Shown: positions 60,760-64,000 of the stretch, one piece after another
How the letters are laid out: each line of letters starts with the position of its first letter
Position numbering within the stretch: position 1 is the first letter of the stretch
Assembly: GCA_036794585.1 (NCBI GenBank)
Contig: DAIRGH010000001.1
Location: 6,964-70,963, forward strand
Length of the DNA: 64,000 bases
Direction: 5' to 3'
Source: Solirubrobacterales bacterium
GTDB taxonomy: Bacteria > Actinomycetota > Thermoleophilia > Solirubrobacterales > 70-9
Notes under the pieces: generated by a model
Told to the model about the DNA's origin: nothing
What the model saw: the letters and a program-made list of their open reading frames with translations, nothing else
Databases searched by the model: none
Translations under genes and position numbers: made by a program

Positions 60760-61635
60760 TTGACCAGAACCCGCTGCAAATCGGGATTCAAGCCGCGCCG
60801 CCGGCGGCCGATCAAACCCTGCGTGAGGTCGATTCGGGTCATCTGCGGCGCGTTGCTCGCGCTTGCGCTCGGCGCCTCGGTCGCCGCTGCCGACCTGTAC
60901 CCCGGCAGCTACAACGCCAGGGCCAAGGGTGTGAGCGTCAAGCTCGACATCGGCCAGAGCGGTGGCGGCTCACTCGCCTACTCGATGAAGACCGCCTGCG
61001 GTAAGAGCAAGGGCAAGCTCGAGCTGTCGAAGTCCGGCGCCGAGCTCAAGGGCCGCAGGGTGAGCCGCGGGCCGGAGGCGACGCTGCGCACGACGGTCGC
61101 CAAGGTCGCCCTCAACGGTGGCGGCAGCGAGGTCGTGGGGACGATCAAGGAGTCACTCAAGGGCGGCGACAGCGAGCTCGCGGGCTGCCGCGCGAAGCGC
61201 GCGTTCAGCGCCAGCGTCGAGCAGGCCGACGGCTTCGTGCCGAGCCGCGACGACGGGCATTACTCCGGCACCGGTCCCAACGGCCTGCCGATCAGCTTTG
61301 ACATCGTCAGCGTTGACGACAACGCGCGAGTGGAGGACCTCGCCGTCGATGTGACCGCGGACTGCTTCGACGAGTCGGCGGAGGACGCCGTGGACATCCC
61401 GATGGTTACCCACATCACCGGGATGTCGGGCCGGGTGGCCAAGGACGGCACCTTCTACATCGAGTATGCGCCGGATGAGGACACCGAGTACGAGTTCGAC
61501 GGCGAGCTCAGTGATGGCGCTGCCGACGTCGATGTGATCATCGGCGGGAACTTCGACGCCAACGGCAACCCCAACTCCGCGGGCCCGTTCACCTGCGACA
61601 GCTGGGGCGACATTTACGACGCCCGGCGCGACTAG
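60760..61635 (+). CDS. secreted hypothetical protein
   Basis: Signal-like segment VICGALLALALGASVAAADL and an Asp/Gly-rich beta-type body. The start is uncertain because the first ~25 codons are Arg-rich. Confidence 0.55.
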   Translation: MTRTRCKSGFKPRRRRPIKPCVRSIRVICGALLALALGASVAAADLYPGSYNARAKGVSVKLDIGQSGGGSLAYSMKTACGKSKGKLELSKSGAELKGRRVSRGPEATLRTTVAKVALNGGGSEVVGTIKESLKGGDSELAGCRAKRAFSASVEQADGFVPSRDDGHYSGTGPNGLPISFDIVSVDDNARVEDLAVDVTADCFDESAEDAVDIPMVTHITGMSGRVAKDGTFYIEYAPDEDTEYEFDGELSDGAADVDVIIGGNFDANGNPNSAGPFTCDSWGDIYDARRD

Positions 61636-61687
61636 CCGCTTCAGCCTGGCGTGCCCTCAGGCCGGCTCGCCTACAGTTTGAGCCGCG

Positions 61688-62206
61688 GTGGAGGATCAGG
61701 GACTTCGTCAGGCAGAGGACAGCTCGGCGCGAGTTGGGGAGCTCGAGCTCGAGTGCGAGAGAGCCAAGGAGCGTTGGGCGACGTGCGCAGCCGAGCATGC
61801 TCGGCTTCAACAAGGTGGGCGATCACCTTGGAAAAGGAGCCGCCGCAAGGTAGAACGCTCCGCGGCGGAGCTTGAGGACGCGCTTTCAGAGTATGGCCAG
61901 GCTTGGCGCCGGCTCGAGGATGCGCGACGGGAGGCCGGGCTCATCGAACCCGTAGCCCCAATCTCCGAGCGACCAGCGGAGGTCGTGGAGAACAAGTCCA
62001 AGGTCGTGGAGAACAAGTCCAAGGTGAGCCTGAGCCGCGCCACCCTCGACGAGCTGCGAGACGCGGGGATGTCGGCCACCCAAGCACGGCGAGTGATGCG
62101 TTATCACGAAACGCATGGAGATTTCGCCAGCATCGATGGGCTGGACGCCGTGCCCGGCTTCCCCGAGGCGCAGCTCGCCAAGATCAAGCAGCGCCTGATT
62201 CCCTGA
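61688..62206 (+). CDS. helix-hairpin-helix (ComEA-like) DNA-binding domain protein with an N-terminal coiled region
   Basis: The C-terminus ATLDELRDAGMSATQARRVMRYHETHGDFASIDGLDAVPGFPEAQLAKIKQRL is a typical ComEA-type HhH pair. GTG start. Confidence 0.65.
   Translation: MEDQGLRQAEDSSARVGELELECERAKERWATCAAEHARLQQGGRSPWKRSRRKVERSAAELEDALSEYGQAWRRLEDARREAGLIEPVAPISERPAEVVENKSKVVENKSKVSLSRATLDELRDAGMSATQARRVMRYHETHGDFASIDGLDAVPGFPEAQLAKIKQRLIP
61982..62023. repeat. perfect 21-bp tandem duplication (x2) inside the ComEA-like gene
   Basis: gtcgtggagaacaagtccaag is repeated head-to-tail and encodes VVENKSK VVENKSK. Confidence 0.95.
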
Positions 62207-62326
62207 GAGGCGCCGCGGCGCTATCCTTGCTCGGTCCTCGTGCTTCGCCCTTGACGGGTGCGGCGGAGGTCTTTTTTCTGTCCGGACCGAAACATGAGCG
62301 GCCGGCGGTAGTGATCAGGAGAGCAG

Positions 62327-62491
62327 ATGGCTCGCGGAGAAGTCCGAATCGCTGTCACCCTCGCCTGCGAGGAGTGCAAGCGGCGCAACTATCAGACGAA
62401 CAAGTCGCGGCGAAACACGCCGGACCGGATCGAGATGCGCAAGTACTGTCGTTGGTGCGGGCATCACACCTCGCACAAGGAAACGCGCTAG
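62327..62491 (+). CDS. rpmG: 50S ribosomal protein L33
   Basis: 54-codon ORF that falls below the track cutoff: [54 protein letters not shown]. It has an AGGAG RBS, a Cys4 zinc-ribbon form, and the conserved position upstream of secE-nusG. Confidence 0.9.
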   Translation: MARGEVRIAVTLACEECKRRNYQTNKSRRNTPDRIEMRKYCRWCGHHTSHKETR

Positions 62492-62501
62492 CGCGCTGAC
62501 C

Positions 62502-63068
62502 GTGGCGAAGACCCGCGCACAGCGAAAGGCCGAGCAGCGCCGCCGCCAGCAGCAGCAGGCCCAGCGCCCGGACGGGGCGCCGTCGCCGACCGAGACCGAC
62601 ACCGAGGCCCAGCACCAGACCCAGGTGCCCGAGTCGGCCGACGTGATCGAGGCCGAGCTCGCCGAGCAGGGCGCCGACCTCGACTCGCTTCGAGGCGAGC
62701 CCGCCGAGACCCCGGCTCCCGCGCCGTCGCGCGCCGACGTCGGCCGTCCCGCGGGCGCCGAGGTCGAGCCGGCCGACAAGATCACCCGGCGCTCGCGCCG
62801 CCGCGAGGAGCGCGAAGCCAGGGCACGAGCGAAGGAATCGGAGAAGCGCAGGGCGCCGAAGGAGCTGAAGGCGCCGGCCGAGCGCCAGCGCGGCGGGGTG
62901 ATGGGCTTCTTTGCCTCCTGCGTCGCCGAGCTGCGCCGTGTGCAGTGGCCCGACCGCGAGACCCTGATCCAGGCGACCGCGATCACCATCGTCTTCATCG
63001 CCGTGCTCGCCGCGTATCTCGGTGTGCTGGACGGGATCTTCAACTGGCTCGTTCAGCGCATCCTCTAA
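62502..63068 (+). CDS. secE: preprotein translocase subunit SecE with a long charged N-terminal extension
   Basis: The C-terminal FFASCVAELRRVQWPDRETLIQATAITIVFIAVLAAYLGVLDGIFNWLV is the canonical SecE TM3 region. The gene sits between rpmG and nusG. Confidence 0.85.
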   Translation: MAKTRAQRKAEQRRRQQQQAQRPDGAPSPTETDTEAQHQTQVPESADVIEAELAEQGADLDSLRGEPAETPAPAPSRADVGRPAGAEVEPADKITRRSRRREEREARARAKESEKRRAPKELKAPAERQRGGVMGFFASCVAELRRVQWPDRETLIQATAITIVFIAVLAAYLGVLDGIFNWLVQRIL

Positions 63069-63109
63069 GCCGCAGACGAGCTCACTAACTAAAGGAATCT
63101 CTTCACTTC

Positions 63110-63631
63110 ATGTTCCGCTGGTACGTCATCAACACCTACTCGGGTCACGAGAACAAGGTCAAGCACAACCTCGAGCACCGGGTCGAGACGATGGGCGCCA
63201 CCGGTCGTGTGCGCAATGTCGTCGTTCCGACCGAGGAGGTCGCCGAGCTCAAGGACGGAAAGCGAGAGATGGTCTCGAAGCGGACCATGCCCGGATACGT
63301 GCTGGTCAACATGGAGATGACCGACGACGCCTGGAACCTGGTCAAGAACACCCCGGGCGTCACCGGCTTCGTCGGCTCGCGCAACAAGCCGATCCCGCTC
63401 TCCCAGCCCGAAGTCGACCGGCTCATGCACCGCGAGACCGCCGAGCGCCCCCGCGCTCGCGCCCAGTTCTCGGTCGGCGAGTCGGTGAAGGTGATCTCCG
63501 GGCCGATGTCGGACTTCTCAGGCGAGATCGCCGAGATCAACGAGGACGCGCAGCGCCTGAAGATCCTGGTCTCGATCTTCGGCCGGGAGACCCCGGTTGA
63601 GGTCGGCTATGACCAGGTGAAGAAGATCTAG
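63110..63631 (+). CDS. nusG: transcription termination/antitermination factor NusG
   Basis: NGN domain (MFRWYVINTYSGHENKVKHNLEHRV...PGYVLVNMEM..AWNLVKNTPGVTGFVG). KOW domain (FSVGESVKVISGPMSDFSGEIAEINEDAQRLKILVSIFGRETPVEV). Confidence 0.95.
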   Translation: MFRWYVINTYSGHENKVKHNLEHRVETMGATGRVRNVVVPTEEVAELKDGKREMVSKRTMPGYVLVNMEMTDDAWNLVKNTPGVTGFVGSRNKPIPLSQPEVDRLMHRETAERPRARAQFSVGESVKVISGPMSDFSGEIAEINEDAQRLKILVSIFGRETPVEVGYDQVKKI

Positions 63632-64000
63632 CTCTCGTCGCGTCCGCGCTCGACCTGCAGCTCGGTGAGGTCGCGCTTCTCGCCGAGCCGGACGATGTTC
63701 GGTGCGTCGAGGTGGCGGGTGACTCCGCGCAGGTCCAGTACGAGAGGCGCCTCGCTTACGACCCGGTCGTGATCGATGCCGTCGTGGGCCGTGACGATCA
63801 CCACCAGATCGGCGCCAGGAAGCTCCGTCCAGAGTCCGCATGACTCCATTCCCCGGTCGCGCAGCTGCGGCACGTGCGGGTCGTGATACATCACGTCGCC
63901 GCCGAGCGCGCGCAGCCCATCGATGATCTTCAGCGCCGGCGACTCGCGGATGTCGCCGATGTTGGCCTTGTAGGAGACGCCGAGAATGAGGATGCGCGCA
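63628..64000 (-). CDS. UDP-glucose/GDP-mannose dehydrogenase family protein, C-terminal part (5' end outside the window)
   Basis: The frame is open to the window edge. The translation ...ILILGVSYKANIGDIRESPALKIIDGLRALGGDVMYHDPHVPQL... is the typical C-terminal UDP-binding domain of nucleotide-sugar 6-dehydrogenases. Confidence 0.8.
   Translation of the reverse strand, partial: ARILILGVSYKANIGDIRESPALKIIDGLRALGGDVMYHDPHVPQLRDRGMESCGLWTELPGADLVVIVTAHDGIDHDRVVSEAPLVLDLRGVTRHLDAPNIVRLGEKRDLTELQVERGRDES

Noticed and set aside
62207-62326. A search for the tRNA gene that often precedes rpmG/secE, and for a terminator or promoter here
   Set aside because: No T-arm (GGTTCGAATCC-like) or cloverleaf-compatible segment was seen. 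The GC palindrome ggcgccgcggcgc has too short a loop to call a terminator. The TTGACG at ~62252 has no convincing -10 partner.

Overview
This is 64 kb of high-GC, actinobacterium-like chromosome. A Thermoleophilia/Solirubrobacterales-like lineage is a guess from composition and gene content only. All functional calls come from motif recognition by eye, because no database search was possible.

Layout:
(i) 1-6.3 kb holds secreted and housekeeping genes: a PKD-repeat protein, a PQQ-dependent sugar dehydrogenase and an acyl-CoA dehydrogenase.
(ii) 6.3-12.3 kb is a regulatory islet. It has two paralogous Cys-rich PAS-like/SARP(BTAD) regulators, a LuxR-type protein, an ECF sigma factor and a second PKD protein. 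Its right edge is a decayed copy of the 3' end of the acyl-CoA dehydrogenase gene (12.33-12.55 kb).
(iii) 12.6-54.6 kb is a ~42 kb Wzx/Wzy-type cell-surface glycan island. It encodes an initiating phosphoglycosyl transferase, a BY-kinase, Wzx, Wzy, one GT2, three GT4, an ArnT-like GT-C and WbpB/WbpE/WbpD-like 2,3-diamino-sugar enzymes. It also encodes two AsnB-type amidotransferases, a formyltransferase, at least five methyltransferase domains, a heparinase II/III-like protein, a bi-domain oxidoreductase and a DUF354-like protein. Its lower-GC left third also carries a phage-tail-fibre-like operon.
(iv) 54.8-61.6 kb encodes envelope and secreted proteins: an O-antigen-ligase/TPR protein, a clan GH-A-like hydrolase and an HExxH metalloprotease.
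(v) 62.3-63.6 kb is rpmG-secE-nusG, followed by a convergent partial nucleotide-sugar dehydrogenase.

Most noteworthy observations:
- An ~85-94 bp direct repeat duplicates a gene junction and brackets a three-gene cassette (two QW-motif alpha/alpha-toroid proteins plus a formyltransferase), leaving a truncated sigma-factor 5' stub.
- GT4-AsnB gene pairs are duplicated in mirror image.
- A methyltransferase / deacetylase-like / methyltransferase fusion sits next to its unfused paralogues.
- A 337-codon reading frame is split by two in-frame TAG codons.
- Two SARP regulators carry Cys4 PAS-like sensor domains.

No rRNA, tRNA, CRISPR, integrase or transposase was recognised.
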